Shown here: piece after piece, positions 1 to 12,514 of the stretch
How the letters are laid out: each line of letters starts with the position of its first letter
Numbering within the stretch: the stretch's first letter is position 1
Position numbers and translations under genes: made by a program
From: Octopus sinensis
Taxonomy: Eukaryota
Assembly: GCF_006345805.1 (NCBI RefSeq)
Contig: NC_043010.1
Span: forward strand, 66,960,001-67,024,000
Length of the DNA: 64,000 nucleotides
Direction of reading: 5' to 3'
Notes under the pieces: model-generated
What the model was told of the DNA's origin: nothing
Seen by the model: only the letters and a program-made list of their open reading frames with translations
Database searches by the model: none

Positions 1-120
1 ACGTCCAAATTCAAAATTTAATCACAAGCGAAATACTTAATGAGTTACCATTTAGATTCTCTGATTTTTAAAAATGAGTTCTTGGTGGTGTAGGGGGCTA
101 GATAACATTATTCAACTCAC

Positions 121-241
121 CATTTTCGTCATCAGAATCGCTGTCATCACTTATCCAATTGAGACGAAACAGAGACGATGTCACCGGGATTTCATTGATT
201 TTTTCTTCGTCGACATTTTCTTCATCTTCGTAACTATCCAT
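121..241 (-). CDS. Candidate first coding exon of an unidentified host gene running off the left edge (MDSYEDEENVDEEKINEIPVTSSLFRLNWISDDSDSDDEN, phase-1 end)
   Basis: ATG at 241-239 in aagATGg context, in-frame TAA 12 codons upstream, 40 open codons ending exactly at a consensus donor G|GTGAGT (120-115); non-repetitive acidic peptide. Confidence 0.5.
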
Positions 242-335
242 CTTGACTTTCTGACGACATTTAACAGAGCCGATTTAACTTATTACTGATCTCCTCCTTG
301 GTACGTACGTATGCGAAAACAAATTAGGAGAAGAG

Positions 336-384
336 AGATAGGTACATAAATAGACAGATATATAAAATAGACAGACAGATAAAG

Positions 385-431
<47 letters not shown>

Positions 432-447
432 CAGACAGATAGATAGG

Positions 448-515
<68 letters not shown>

Positions 516-673
516 GAGATAAAATAGACAGACAGATAAATTTGTACCAATAAATTTGGACCAGTTTGAATGCACCAGATAAAAGATAGATAGATAGATA
601 AACAGATAGACAGACAAACAGTTAGGAGATAGATAAAGAGATAGACAGGTAGATAGGTAGGTAGATAAGTAGC

Positions 674-704
<31 letters not shown>

Positions 705-730
705 GTAGATAGACAGACAGACAGACAGAC

Positions 731-792
<62 letters not shown>

Positions 793-830
793 GCCGATAG
801 ATGGGTAGATAGGTCTACATTAACACACTC
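336..830. repeat. (GATA)n/(GACA)n microsatellite
   Basis: Direct reading. Confidence 0.95.
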
Positions 831-1009
831 ACAAACACGCATGCACGCACACATATAAACCCAGGCATACATTCTATTATTCATACATACACGCCTACAT
901 AAATACATTCATGCATACACATTTACATGCATTCACACGTATATACATATGTACACGCAGATACATATACACATATCGAAAACAAAGAATATTAGTACAT
1001 ACATTGGTA

Positions 1010-1207
1010 TGAAGCGTTCCGTACGACGAAAGCAGACGACAGCCATGTATGAAAATGGCGCCAAGTAGTGGGCGACGCTAACAGTTTAGACCTGTGAAAC
1101 AATGAGTTTGTTAGTAATTAGTGGTTCACTTCTAGGACGGTCATTGTTAAACAATGGAGACAAACCTAATGATACACAATGACTATTTGCTAGTGAGAAC
1201 GGTAGGT
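1010..1207 (+). promoter_or_regulatory. Possible promoter-proximal segment with YY1-like motif and downstream splice donor
   Basis: CpG-enriched unique DNA; AAAATGGCG at 1052-1060; G|GTAGGT at 1201/1202. Confidence 0.3.
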
Positions 1208-1265
1208 GTCTGTCACCTTGTTAAAGCGAAAATAACTAAAACACCTATCTATCTATCTATCTATC

Positions 1266-1338
<73 letters not shown>

Positions 1339-1807
1339 TTGTCGACTTTCTTGTCTGTCTCGCTGTATATCTATCGATGTGTCTATCTAATTAGTTGGTT
1401 GCCGACCTAAATATCACAGCATATTGCACATATAGGTCTTTACGGGCCAGTAGCAAAAAGCTAAGGCAGTTGAGCAACAAAATAAATTCTTTGCAGCAGT
1501 TACTTATTTTTCCCCTTCGTAGTTTTACGTTCAGTTTGAACACACATCGCTTCAAGCTTCCATTCAGTTGATAAATATATTTCTGTTTGTGTTTATTCGA
1601 AAAAAAAAAAAAAATCCCGATTTATATTATCTTTATCTTGGAGATAAATTTGTACCAATTTGAATGCACCAAATAAAAGACAGGAAGAAAAATAATTTAT
1701 TTGATATGTCATTTATTTTATTGTCATAGTTTATACAAGTTGGGAAACTTCTTCGAGTTGTTGTGCACAGATTATTTGCTGTTCTGTTATCCATTCTGTA
1801 GGTGGCT

Positions 1808-2122
1808 AAACTCAGTTCTGTGACTGCTGGAAGAACGGATGGAAGAAGGAGAGGAAAAGAGTAAAAGAAATTAGCTTTCTCTGCTGACAAGTAGAGAGCA
1901 TGAAAGTCGTATAGTTCCACGTGTGAGCCATGCGCGAAAGAGACGAAAAAAGGAAGAAAAAAGAACCCCCCCCCCCAGAAAAGTGGAATTAGATTCAGTT
2001 CGTCACTGCGAGTTATATAACTTTCACCCACTCTACTTGTCTACACAAAAAGGTAAATTCTTGTACTCTTTTCTCTCTCTTTCTATCCGTTTTCCTAGCA
2101 GCCATAGAACTGAATTTATACA
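1808..2122. repeat. Diverged inverted repeat (arms ~115 bp, spacer ~85 bp)
   Basis: 1808-1920 aligns by eye to the reverse complement of ~2005-2122 (aaactcagttctgtgactgctgg... vs aaattcagttctatggctgctagg...). Confidence 0.75.
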
Positions 2123-2239
2123 AGTTGGAAAACTGGATGTAGGTCGGAGAACAATGGAAAGTAATGAGCTTATCTCGCTTGAACCGTATTTAACCTAAGA
2201 ATGTTCATTTAAATAATAAAACTTATCTAAATTGAAGAC

Positions 2240-2628
2240 GGCGAGCTGGCAGAAACGTTAGCACGCCGGGCGAAATGCGTAGCCGTATTTCGTCTGCCGT
2301 TACGTTCTGAGTTCAAATTCCGCCGAGGTCGACTTTGCCTTTCATCCTTTCGGGGTCGATAAGTTAAGTACCAGTTACGCACTGGGGTCGATATAATCAA
2401 CTTAATCCGTTTGTCTGTCCTTGTTTGTCTCCTCTATGTTTAGCCCCTTGTGGGTAGTAAAGAAATAGGTATTTCGTGTGTCTTTACGTTCTGAGTTCCA
2501 ATTCCGCCGAGGTCGACTTTGCCTTTCATCCTTTCGGGGTCGATAAATTAAGTACCAGTTACGCACCGAGGTCGATATAATCGACTTAATCCGTTTATCC
2601 CCTCTGTGTGTAGCCCTAAAGAAATAAG
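2240..2628 (+). mobile_element. tRNA-derived SINE (CORE-like central domain), full copy plus tandem 5'-truncated copy
   Basis: A/B-box-like head (gagctggcag...gagttcaaattcc), core ctttgcctttcatcctttcggggtcgataa repeated at ~2335 and ~2518; same family at 19890-20062, 37790-38170, 50445-50640, 50950-51165. Confidence 0.85.
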
Positions 2629-3090
2629 AACTTATCTAAATCTACTCGGCTATAAGTCGTACATTTTTCCCCTGAAATTTTCACCTAAAGCTGGAGGTGC
2701 AACTTAAAAGCGCATCGTATAAAAAGATCTTCAGATATTTCCTAGGTACAAGCCATGTCTGAAGTTCCGACACTTGGAATAACAGAAAAGGATAAAAATT
2801 TACATTATAAATAACAATTTCTAAATTGCATGGGCTTAATGAGATTACAGTTGTTGTAAGACATCTTCGGTTTACTGAAAGCTCGGTTACCGAACAACAA
2901 CTATGTCGGCGCGATTCCTAATCGAACTTTGCTCTCCAACATCAAAAAAGGGACTTCTCTCAAATGAAACTAATGCTTGGTCTTCATGTGTTTCTGAATG
3001 GCTAATACATGTCTTCCCTGCCGTAATAATTACTTTCACGTGTTTTAGGTAATCAATTGGTAACATCAAGTTCGCGTTTTCTCTCTTTAC

Positions 3091-3200
3091 CTCACACTCC
3101 AAGGGGAAGGCGTCCAAGCGCTTCGAAGAATGGTGAGAAGCAGTGAAGGAGAGAGAAAGATGTCTTGAAACCGGAGGCTTCGTTCGAATGTTTGCAAGAG
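3091..3200 (-). other. Possible non-coding first exon / promoter of the minus-strand gene
   Basis: Unique, CpG-containing DNA; GAG|GTAAAG donor at 3091/3090; pyrimidine-rich leader. A plus-strand ATG|GTGAGA donor at ~3132 makes orientation ambiguous. Confidence 0.25.
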
Positions 3201-3874
3201 AGTTGAATTCGCCAAAGGTATCCTAAGACCAGGTGTGTCATCAATTAGAAAGACTATTTTCAGTATGATTTACCATGGGGAGAATTTTTGATTTTTTAAA
3301 TATATACACACATATACACATACATACATACATACATACAAATATACATGCATACATACACACACATACACACACACACACACATATACACACACTCACA
3401 GATACACACATGTATTCAATATGTACGTATAGGGTATCCCAAAATTCACCTAAAGATTTATAATATTAAAATATAAACCCTTATGTTACTTTTCGGATAC
3501 CCTATGCATGCATACATACATACGTATATGCATAAACACACACACACACGCACACACATACATATATGTATGTATATGTCTGTATATGTACACACATATG
3601 TATGTATACACTCATGCATGCATATATATATATATATATATATATACATCCATACATAGATATACCACACATATGCCTGCATGCATGCACACACACATGC
3701 AAACAAATATACATACATATATAATACATATATACATACATATGTCCATGTATGCGTGGGCAGAATCGGTTGAATTAACACATTCGGATTTACATACACT
3801 GAAATTGATTACATAGACGCTTAAGTGAATCTGCGCACGCAGGTATTTGTGCAGAAATTGAATGCACAGATGTA

Positions 3875-4500
3875 TCTCTATATATAAACGGCAGTTTGTC
3901 TGTCTGTGTGTCTGTGTGTCTGTCAGGTTGTACCCTCACCCTGACCACGGCTTTCAACCGATTCTGATGAAACTAAACACACACATAGCCCAATGTCATA
4001 ATTCAAAACTAACGCAGGGAAAATTTTGAAAAGTTCCCCCAGTTCTGAAAAAAATTGATAAATTCGACATGGGGTCGAGAATCTAAGCTTCTTATATGCA
4101 ACATATTTTCTGTTGTAGTTTTCGCAACTTGCAATCGATTTTCACCAAACTCATGGTGAAGCTTAATGTTACCCTAAGAAACTTAATTCTGACGTTAGTT
4201 TTCCATGCAATACCTTACCATCAGAAAAAAATCGATAAAATCATGCCATTTTGGGAAATCGCGTTCAAATTCAAGATGACATATTTTCGACAATATCTTT
4301 CACAAATTGGCAGGAATTTTTTTTAAATTCACAGCGAGCATCATGTCTGCTCCAAGTAGCTATATGGCCCTTTTTATTCCAATAGGATACTTTATTAATG
4401 GAAAAAATCGGTTAATTAAATCATATGTGGCACACATAGCAAATCGATTTGTGTATTAAACACAAACCACAGACTGTCTAGGGGACGCAACTCGACCTTT
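3875..4500 (+). mobile_element. Helitron/Helentron-like non-autonomous element (3' end not identified)
   Basis: Starts TC-TCTATATATAAACGGCAG, similar to Helitron 5' ends at 6208 and 8557, followed by (TGTC)n and ccgattctgatgaaact as in DINE-1-like elements. Confidence 0.4.
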
Positions 4501-5050
4501 TTAACTCTCTTGGGAGGTGCAATGATGTTATATATATATATATATTTATTATTATTTTATATATATATATATAGACATACATATATGCATAGACAGATAG
4601 ATAAACTGGTGGATAAGTGTGAGCGTATACATATTTCGGTTTTACCTAGTTTTCTAAATACATACACCCACATACATTCATACACATGTATTTCTAAATT
4701 GACGCAAAATGTTGACCTAAGATTTGAATAGGGACAAGTTTCTTTAAGTTCAGTGATGCAGAGATATTTTAAAATTTCTTTAGAATTGTTAAAGAAAATA
4801 AATAGTGTGTCACCATTTGAAAGTATATTTCATTGTGTAAGAAATTGGAGGTACGCAAATACCTACGTATATGTACATATATGCATATATGTACACATAC
4901 AGAGGCACACATATATACATACATGCTCATATTATGGCTGTATACATACATACTTCATCCTTTTAAACACATATAGACACCAGTTTGTATATATATATAT
5001 ATATATATATACAGGTGCAGGAGTGGCTGTCTGATAAGTAGCTTGCTTCT

Positions 5051-5790
5051 GGAGAAATTCTCATGGCATCCAACAACATCAGAGACTTGGGAGTAACATT
5101 GGACAACAACATAAGCTAGGCTACACATATAAGCAGCAAAGTTGACATGGCCCGCAGAATGTGTTCCTGGATTCTCAGAACCTTCCAGTCGAGATATTCC
5201 CACGCTATTATCCTTCTCTTCTCCACTTTTGCCCGACCCCACCTTGAATACTGCTGTCCACTGTGGTCTCCCTATGGCATGTCAGACCTTGACTACTGGG
5301 GTAGACTAGAGAAGCTGAAATTGTATTCACTCCAACGACGCCGTGAACGCTACATTATCTGTATGATGTGGAAAATATTCCATCAGCACTGTCCGAATGA
5401 TGTTGGCATCACCTTCAAAATACATCCAAGGCTTGGACCACGTGCCATCCGTCCACAACAAAAATCTAAATCGCATCACATAACGACAATACGGCACAAC
5501 TATTTCACCTCAATTGGACCCGCTCTCTTCAACATTACACCAGGACACGTCAAAAAGAAACTGACCACACAAAATTCAAGAAGTCTTTGGACAAATTCCT
5601 TCAAACAGTACCGGACAAACCACCCACACCCGGATATGTCTCTGCAAACAATAACTCTCTGCTCGAATGGGCCTTGGTGACCAAATCCTGAACTGAAAGA
5701 CTTCGCCAGGTGGTGCTATTAAGTTAGACATGGCCTGGGCCAATACTGGCCAAAACCTTTCTAAGTTATTCTAAGTTATTCTAAGTTATT
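5051..5790 (+). mobile_element. 5'-truncated CR1-group LINE 3' end (post-RT thumb region) with (AAGTTATTCT)n tail
   Basis: NNIRDLGVTLDN, RPHLEYCCPLWSP, YWGRLEKLKLYSLQRRRERYIICMMWKI motifs; short tandem-repeat tail at 5762-5790. Confidence 0.85.
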
Positions 5791-5843
5791 ATACATATAC
5801 ATATATATATATATATACATATATATATGTATATACATATATA

Positions 5844-5874
<31 letters not shown>

Positions 5875-6144
5875 ATATATATGTATATATATATATGTAT
5901 GTATATATATATACATATATATATAACATGTATATTATATAGTATATACATATATATATATATGCATATACATATATATGTATATACATATATGTATAAT
6001 ATACATATATATACATATATATATATGTATATACATATATATTGTATATACATATATATGTATATACATATGTATATGTATCATCATATATATATATATA
6101 TATTATATATATATGTATATATACATATATATATGTATTACATA

Positions 6145-6194
<50 letters not shown>

Positions 6195-6205
6195 TATAAT
6201 ATACA
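5790..6205. repeat. (TA)n-rich microsatellite
   Basis: Direct reading. Confidence 0.95.
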
Positions 6206-6207
6206 TA

Positions 6208-7373
6208 TCTCTTATTATAAAAGGCAGATTTTATCTGCCTCCCTTTGGAGTTATACAAATCTACAATATAGGATTTCTTCAATTACAATTTACCTAGCAG
6301 TTTAAGAGTACAATGCATCGCGTCATGCCAGGTCCAGTTTTTAAAATTTAAACTCCAATTAAGCAAATTTTACAGAAAACTCACATTCTGGTGTGTGTGT
6401 CAAATGCTTTTCTTAGTCTTGTTTACACCACACGCAAACGCACACACACAGTGGGCAACGAATAAAATGAAAGTAAATGTAATATTTGTTTCTGTCTATC
6501 ACACTGATAGATACATGAGTAAAATGTATGGGAAGCTAACAGATAACAGTGAGTGAAAATGTTCTTGGAAGAGAGTAAATTAGCGACAGTGATTTGAGGA
6601 AGACTAAACTGAAACTATGAAACAGTGTTTATGTATAAACAGACGACACTTATATAACCCTTTCGTTACCAAACCGCCCGAATTTACCTATTCATATTTA
6701 AATGAGAATATCAGAGTAAATCTCTTTAGTACATTCGTGAAAATACGTATTATACTTCGTAAACACTTCAAATACAGTTTTGTACAAAAATCGAAGTGTA
6801 ATTTTAATTCCGTGAATTATGGGAGATTTTTTTCCGAAATTTGTTCCTATTGTGTTTTCAAAATTTGTAATTCTGACAAAAAATGGATACGAATTTCATT
6901 ATATCAAGCAGCGAGTCAGAATTCGAAGGATTTTCTACTGAAGACCTTCATAAATCTAACTCTATGACTGAAAAAAAAAGCATCTTTTATAAGAGTGAAG
7001 TTGTGTGTCTGTCCCCTTCGATTTACATTCGTAATTACTCCCACATTTTGCGGTGCAGTTTAACCAAAAGCGGGTATCTTATAGTCGTGATTCATATCGA
7101 GCCCTTCTGGGTATTAGCGCGCGTCTACGATGAGTCTACGATTTAAAAAAATTTACCATCATATTTTCCCATTTTAATGCATTTTTTTCGCTTTTATATA
7201 AGGGAAGTAACTCTCTAAAAATATCTACGATGTGTCAACGATTTAAAAAAATTTACCTTAATTTTTTTTCAATTTTTAATGCATTTTTTTGCTATTTTTT
7301 GGCTATAACTCTCTAAAAATGCTTATATAGTTATTTCCCTTACAACCCGAGCAACGCCGGGCGATACTGCTAG
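6208..7373 (+). mobile_element. Composite non-autonomous Helitron
   Basis: A|TC start at 6208, 3' hairpin cccg-agcaacgc-cggg (7346-7361), CTAG|T end at 7370-7373; second Helitron 5' end at 6983. Confidence 0.8.
6658..6980 (+). mobile_element. piggyBac-like 5' end fragment inside the Helitron
   Basis: ATAA|CCCTTTCG resembles TTAA|CCC termini; downstream ORF start MDTNFIISSSESEFEGFSTEDL resembles the acidic N-terminus of piggyBac transposases. Confidence 0.45.
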
Positions 7374-7868
7374 TATATATATATATATGTATATATATAT
7401 ACATATATATATATATATGTATATATATATACATATATATATACATATATATATATACAATATATATATATATATATATACATATATACATGTATATATA
7501 CATATATAGTATATATATATGATATATATATGTATATATATATATATGTATATATATATATACATATATATATATACATATATATATGTATATATACATA
7601 TATATATGTATATATATATATATGTATGTATATATATATATTACATATATATATGTATATACATATATATATATATGTATATATATATATGTATATATAT
7701 ACATATATATACTATATATACATATATATGTATGTATATTATATATGTATATATATATATATGTATATATACATATATATATCTATATATATATATACAT
7801 ATATATATATGTATGTATATATATATGTATATATATATATATGCATATATATACATATATTATATATG

Positions 7869-7902
<34 letters not shown>

Positions 7903-7927
7903 ATTATATATATATATATATACATAC

Positions 7928-7961
<34 letters not shown>

Positions 7962-7980
7962 CATATATTATATATATAAT
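7374..7980. repeat. (TA)n/(TATG)n microsatellite
   Basis: Direct reading. Confidence 0.95.
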
Positions 7981-8079
7981 TTCAACAATTGAGGGCAAAA
8001 TTAATTAATTATTAATCAATTTCACAAGTGTTCAGTATGCAAAGGGACCATTCAAGGCGAATTCAAATTATTACATTAT

Positions 8080-8349
8080 ATAAAAGGGCTTAGTAAATAA
8101 ATACTTTGCCGCATACTGAACTCATTAGAAATAGTAGCTAAAAAACTTTTTAAAGCTATTTCTATACTTAAGAAAATCTCTCTCATATATAGTGTTTGCT
8201 TAATTCAAACTTTTGTGAGTTGAATAAGCAAACACTATATATGAGAGAGATTTTCTTTAAGTATTAGAAATAGCTTTAAAAAGTTTTTTAGCTGCTATCT
8301 AATGAGTTCAGTATGCGGCAAAGTAATTTATTTTACTAAGCCCTTTTAT
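8080..8349. repeat. Near-perfect fold-back palindrome (~130-bp arms, ~6-nt loop at 8211-8216)
   Basis: ataaaagggcttagtaaa...ttcaaac / gagttgaa...tttactaagcccttttat. Confidence 0.95.
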
Positions 8350-8406
8350 TAATATATATATTATATATATATATATATATATAGATATATATATATATAT
8401 ATATAT

Positions 8407-8476
<70 letters not shown>

Positions 8477-8496
8477 AATATATATAATAAATAAAT

Positions 8497-8531
<35 letters not shown>

Positions 8532-8556
8532 TCATATACATATATATGTATATATA

Positions 8557-8934
8557 TCTTTATATATAAAAGTGAGGTTGTGTGCTGTCTGTCTCCTACG
8601 ATTTAGATTCTAACTATTTCCACATTTTGCGGGTATCTTATAGTCGTGATTCATATCGAGCCCTTCTGGGTATTAGTGCACGTCTACGATGAGTCTACGA
8701 TTTAAAAAAAAAAATTACCATCAATTTTTCCCATTTTTAATGCATTTTTGGCATATATAAGGGAAGTAACTCTCTAAAAATTTATTATTAAATCTCAGAA
8801 CGTAAAAAGCTACAGTAACACCCCCATCCTCTGTGGTTAGCCATTTTGAGATGGCTATTATACTTTACATCTCTAAAAATGCTTATATAGTAATTTCCCT
8901 TACAAACCCGAGCAACGCCGGGTGATACTGCTAG
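8557..8934 (+). mobile_element. Short non-autonomous Helitron, same family as 6983-7373
   Basis: TC start within (TA)n, same cccgagcaacgccggg hairpin, CTAG|T end at 8931-8934. Confidence 0.85.
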
Positions 8935-8974
8935 TATATGATAAATGGGAGGGGAAGATGAATAAAAAGAGGGG

Positions 8975-8980
8975 ATAGGT

Positions 8981-9032
<52 letters not shown>

Positions 9033-9650
9033 AGAGAGAGAGTGAGAGAGACAGAGAGAAAGAGGGGAGAGTGGAGAGTGAGTGAGAAAGAGAGACAGAT
9101 AGAAGGTGGATAGAGGAAGAGAGAGAGAGAGAGAGGAGATAGAGAGAGAGACAGAGAAAAAGAGGGGAGAGCGGAGTGTGAGTGAGAAAGAGAGACAGAT
9201 AGAAGGTGGATAGAGGAAGAGAGAGAGAGAGAGGAGATAGAGAGAGACAGAGAAAAAGCGGGGAGAGCGGAGTGTGAGTGAGAAAGAGAGACAGATAGAA
9301 GGTGGATAGAACAAGAGAGAGAGGAGATAGAGAAAGAGAGACAGAGAGAGAGAGAAAGAGGGGAGAGCGGAGAGTGGGTGAGAAAGAGAGACAGATAGAT
9401 AGTGGATAGAGGAAGAGAGAGAGAGAGAAACAGAGAGAGAAAGGAGTATATATATATATAGAGAGAGAGAGAGTGAGAAAGGAGATAGAGAAAGAGGGGA
9501 GAGCGAAGAGTGAGTGAGAAAGAGAGACAGATAGAGGGTGGAGAGAGGAAGAGATATAGAGAGAAACAGAAGGGAGAGGGAGGATAGAGAGAGAGAGGAA
9601 TAGAAATAGAGTGAAAAAGACAGAGAGGGAGAGAGAGAAAGCAGAAAGCA
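8975..9650. repeat. (GATA)n followed by a GA-rich minisatellite with ~100-bp higher-order unit
   Basis: Unit containing ggggagagcggagtgtgagtgagaaagagagacagatagaaggtggatagagg recurs about 5 times. Confidence 0.85.
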
Positions 9651-9749
9651 GAATATATCATTATTGTTTTCTTGCTTCATTCATTGGACTGCAGTCCAAG
9701 CTGGAGCACTGCTCTGAAAGGTTTTAACCGAAGACATATATATATAACT

Positions 9750-10423
9750 ATTGAGAGGAAATATGTACAATGATGGATGTGTGATCATAAATTAAAATAT
9801 ATATTGAGAGCAAAGTTGATTATGCGTTCATATTTAAGCGTGTTCTGTATGTTTCGATAGATAAGTTTTCTTTATTTAAACGTTGTTGTACAGAAATTGT
9901 TTCTTTGCACTGGTAGATGGGAAAAACTGAAATTTAGTTGGAGATTCCCTGCACATCCTTCTATGTGTTCACTCAAAGGTATCTTTTTATACTTTGGGAA
10001 ACGGATCTGTTCCTTATGTAGTGTGGTTCTCCGTCTATGTACCATACTTGTCTGTCCTATGTAGTTATGTCTACAACCTGAACAAGTTATAGCATAAACT
10101 AAATTCTCGGATGCACAAATGAAGTTGGTCTACATTGTGAACTTCTCTCTGTTTGAATTGGAATTCCGAGCCTTCCAGTAGGTTTGTAAATGTTCCACAG
10201 TTTGAACGTCCACATTTTTTAACCATTAGTTTCGTGGTTGTTCTGTAAAACTTCGCATTTGTTAGAAGTCTTTTCAACGATTTGTCTAGCTTTTTGCATT
10301 TGATGAATTTATGCGTTTCCAGAATGTTGTTTATTTTTGCGTCCGTAGTAAGGATACGTAGGTTTTGTACAATAGTGTTGTATGCCTCATTGTTTCTAGG
10401 ATTGTGAGTTGATATATACGGTA

Positions 10424-10424
<1 letters not shown>
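9750..10424 (-). mobile_element. 5'-truncated Penelope-like element (C-terminal GIY-YIG endonuclease), frameshifted
   Basis: Minus-strand translations ...LPYISTHNPRN...KKCGRSNCGT... and ICASENLVYAITCSGCRHNYIGQTS; stop at 9822-9820; both ends in (TA)n. Confidence 0.85.
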
Positions 10425-10460
<36 letters not shown>

Positions 10461-10593
10461 TTCACACCACATATATATACACATATATACATACATGCAT
10501 ATATACACATACATGCATACACATATCTATGTATGTATAAATTCATCTGTGTATCTAACTGTCGATTTGTTTGTGTGCTTATCTATCTATCTA

Positions 10594-10637
<44 letters not shown>

Positions 10638-10846
10638 TTATGCACATTTACAAAAATAAGCACACACAGTTATGTATATACGAATGTATGTTCGTATGTA
10701 TGCATTTATGTATGCATGTAGATATGTATGTATGTGTATATGTATGCTTGTATATATACTTGTATAAATGTATATATATGTGTGTCTATGTATATATGCA
10801 TGTATGCCTGTATATATATATATATATATATATATATCTCCTCTAG

Positions 10847-11161
10847 ACTCCGCCGGTTACGACGACGAGGGTCCCAGCTGATACGATCAACGGAACAGCT
10901 TGCTCGTGAAATTAACGTGCAAATGGCTGAGCATTCCACAGACACGTGTACCCTTAACGTAGTTCTCGGGGATAATCAGCGTGACACAGAGAGTGACAAA
11001 GCTGACCCTTTGAAATACAAGTACAACTCATTTTTGCCAGCTGAGTGGACTGGAGCAACGTGAAATAAAGTGTCTTGCTCAAGGACACAACGCGTCGCCG
11101 GGAATCGAACTCACAACCTTACGATCATGAGCCGAATGCCCTAACCACTAAGCCACGCGCC
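10847..11161 (-). mobile_element. tRNA-derived SINE
   Basis: Head ggcgcgtggcttagtggttagg...gagttcgattccc, core tgtccttgagcaagacacttt; related pieces at 23700-23790, 30530-30720, 47712-48047. Confidence 0.85.
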
Positions 11162-11389
11162 CTCACACATATATATATATTATATATACATATACATACA
11201 CAGATACACACACACACGCACTTACACACACACACATGTCCGTGCAAACACACTCACACACATATGCATATATGAATGCATATAGTATGCGTATACACAC
11301 ACGCGTACTAAATACTTACGTACAGATCCGCTCACTCATAACATATGCACAAAACCGATTTTAAAGAAGAAAGTTAGAGCCAAATAACA

Positions 11390-11854
11390 CCATCTGGTGA
11401 ACGACTCTCTCTCTCCAACAACCACAAACAACAACAGCAACATCAATAACAACAACAACAACATAAACAACTTTATGACTAGTCACGTGGTAAATCTATT
11501 CCCCCCGCTACCCGGCGCCCCCTGCCTACATACACCTAAATCTCTGCCAGTTGATTAATTGCAACTACTGGACCAGCAAATTCTTTTGTTTTTGCTGCGT
11601 AACCAGAGTGAGTGCCGCCCATGGCAACCTTGGAGTACAACGTCACCCCACCCACTGGCCTCTATATCGTAGACCTAAAACTGCTACCCCCCTCCCCCAT
11701 AAAGCATCCCACGGGGCTGATCGAACTCTTCACCTCGCCGAGCTACATTACTCGTGACGTTGCTAAGTTCGTGCCGCCCGGACAGCCTTTGAAAATGTAT
11801 TGTGTGCAGACAGACAACGCAATCCAGCTGTGTGAGGATATCCGCTCTTGGTAG
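11390..11854 (+). pseudogene. Decayed ORF1-like fragment of a second L1/Tx1-type LINE
   Basis: Asn-rich run followed by NLFPPLPGAP mirrors the NNNN...DFPPLPTP N-terminus of ORF1 at 12515; interrupted by stops. Confidence 0.3.
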
Positions 11855-12177
11855 TTCACACATGTACTTTATATAAAGTACTTTCTATAGTATTTCCGAA
11901 GTGCAGATCGACTGGTAGGTGAAGAAAATATAAACGAGATGTACAGGTGTCAATTTATTACGGCCGTTTCAAGCGACTCCTTTAATTGATCAATGAAAAC
12001 CTTACATCATCTGAAAGAAACCGTTCTCGTCAGATGACCGCTTAGCGATGGACTACTTTCAGTTTCCGTCAACTAAATCCATTCACAAGGCTTTGATCGG
12101 CCCGTGGTTGCAGTAGAAAACTTGCAAAGATGCATGCAGTGGGACTGAGCTCGAAACTATATACATAGTGTATATAT

Positions 12178-12179
12178 GT

Positions 12180-12277
<98 letters not shown>

Positions 12278-12288
12278 GTCTGTCTGTC
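12178..12288. repeat. (TATC)n(TGTC)n microsatellite, left flank of the Tx1 LINE
   Basis: Direct reading. Confidence 0.95.
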
Positions 12289-12514
12289 CAGTCTTCTCAC
12301 AATGGACGGACGCTTGTCATATCGGCTCCACGTAAGTTGGCCACTTTTACATGTTTAAAACTCCTTGTCAAATATTTTGTTCTAATCGTTGTGCAAGTTC
12401 ACTCACTAAAAAACCTGAGAATTATTCACGTAGAATTCCGCCCCTGTATGGGCGAAATTACCAGAAACTTTCAAAACTTTAGTTGGTTCTTTCTAGCCAT
12501 TTTTCATTTTGAAA

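Noticed and set aside
1880-1915. ctgacaa...gaaagtcgta hammerhead-like string in the inverted repeat
   Set aside because: Core mismatch and very weak helices; not distinguishable from chance
2887-3117. 76-aa minus-strand ORF (MDAFPLECE...)
   Set aside because: Begins at a TTG codon, no recognisable domain, and contains a good donor site near its start; more likely exon1/intron boundary
3962-3980. CTGATGAAAC as a hammerhead core
   Set aside because: No helix II/III or helix I partner; part of the Helitron-like 5' motif
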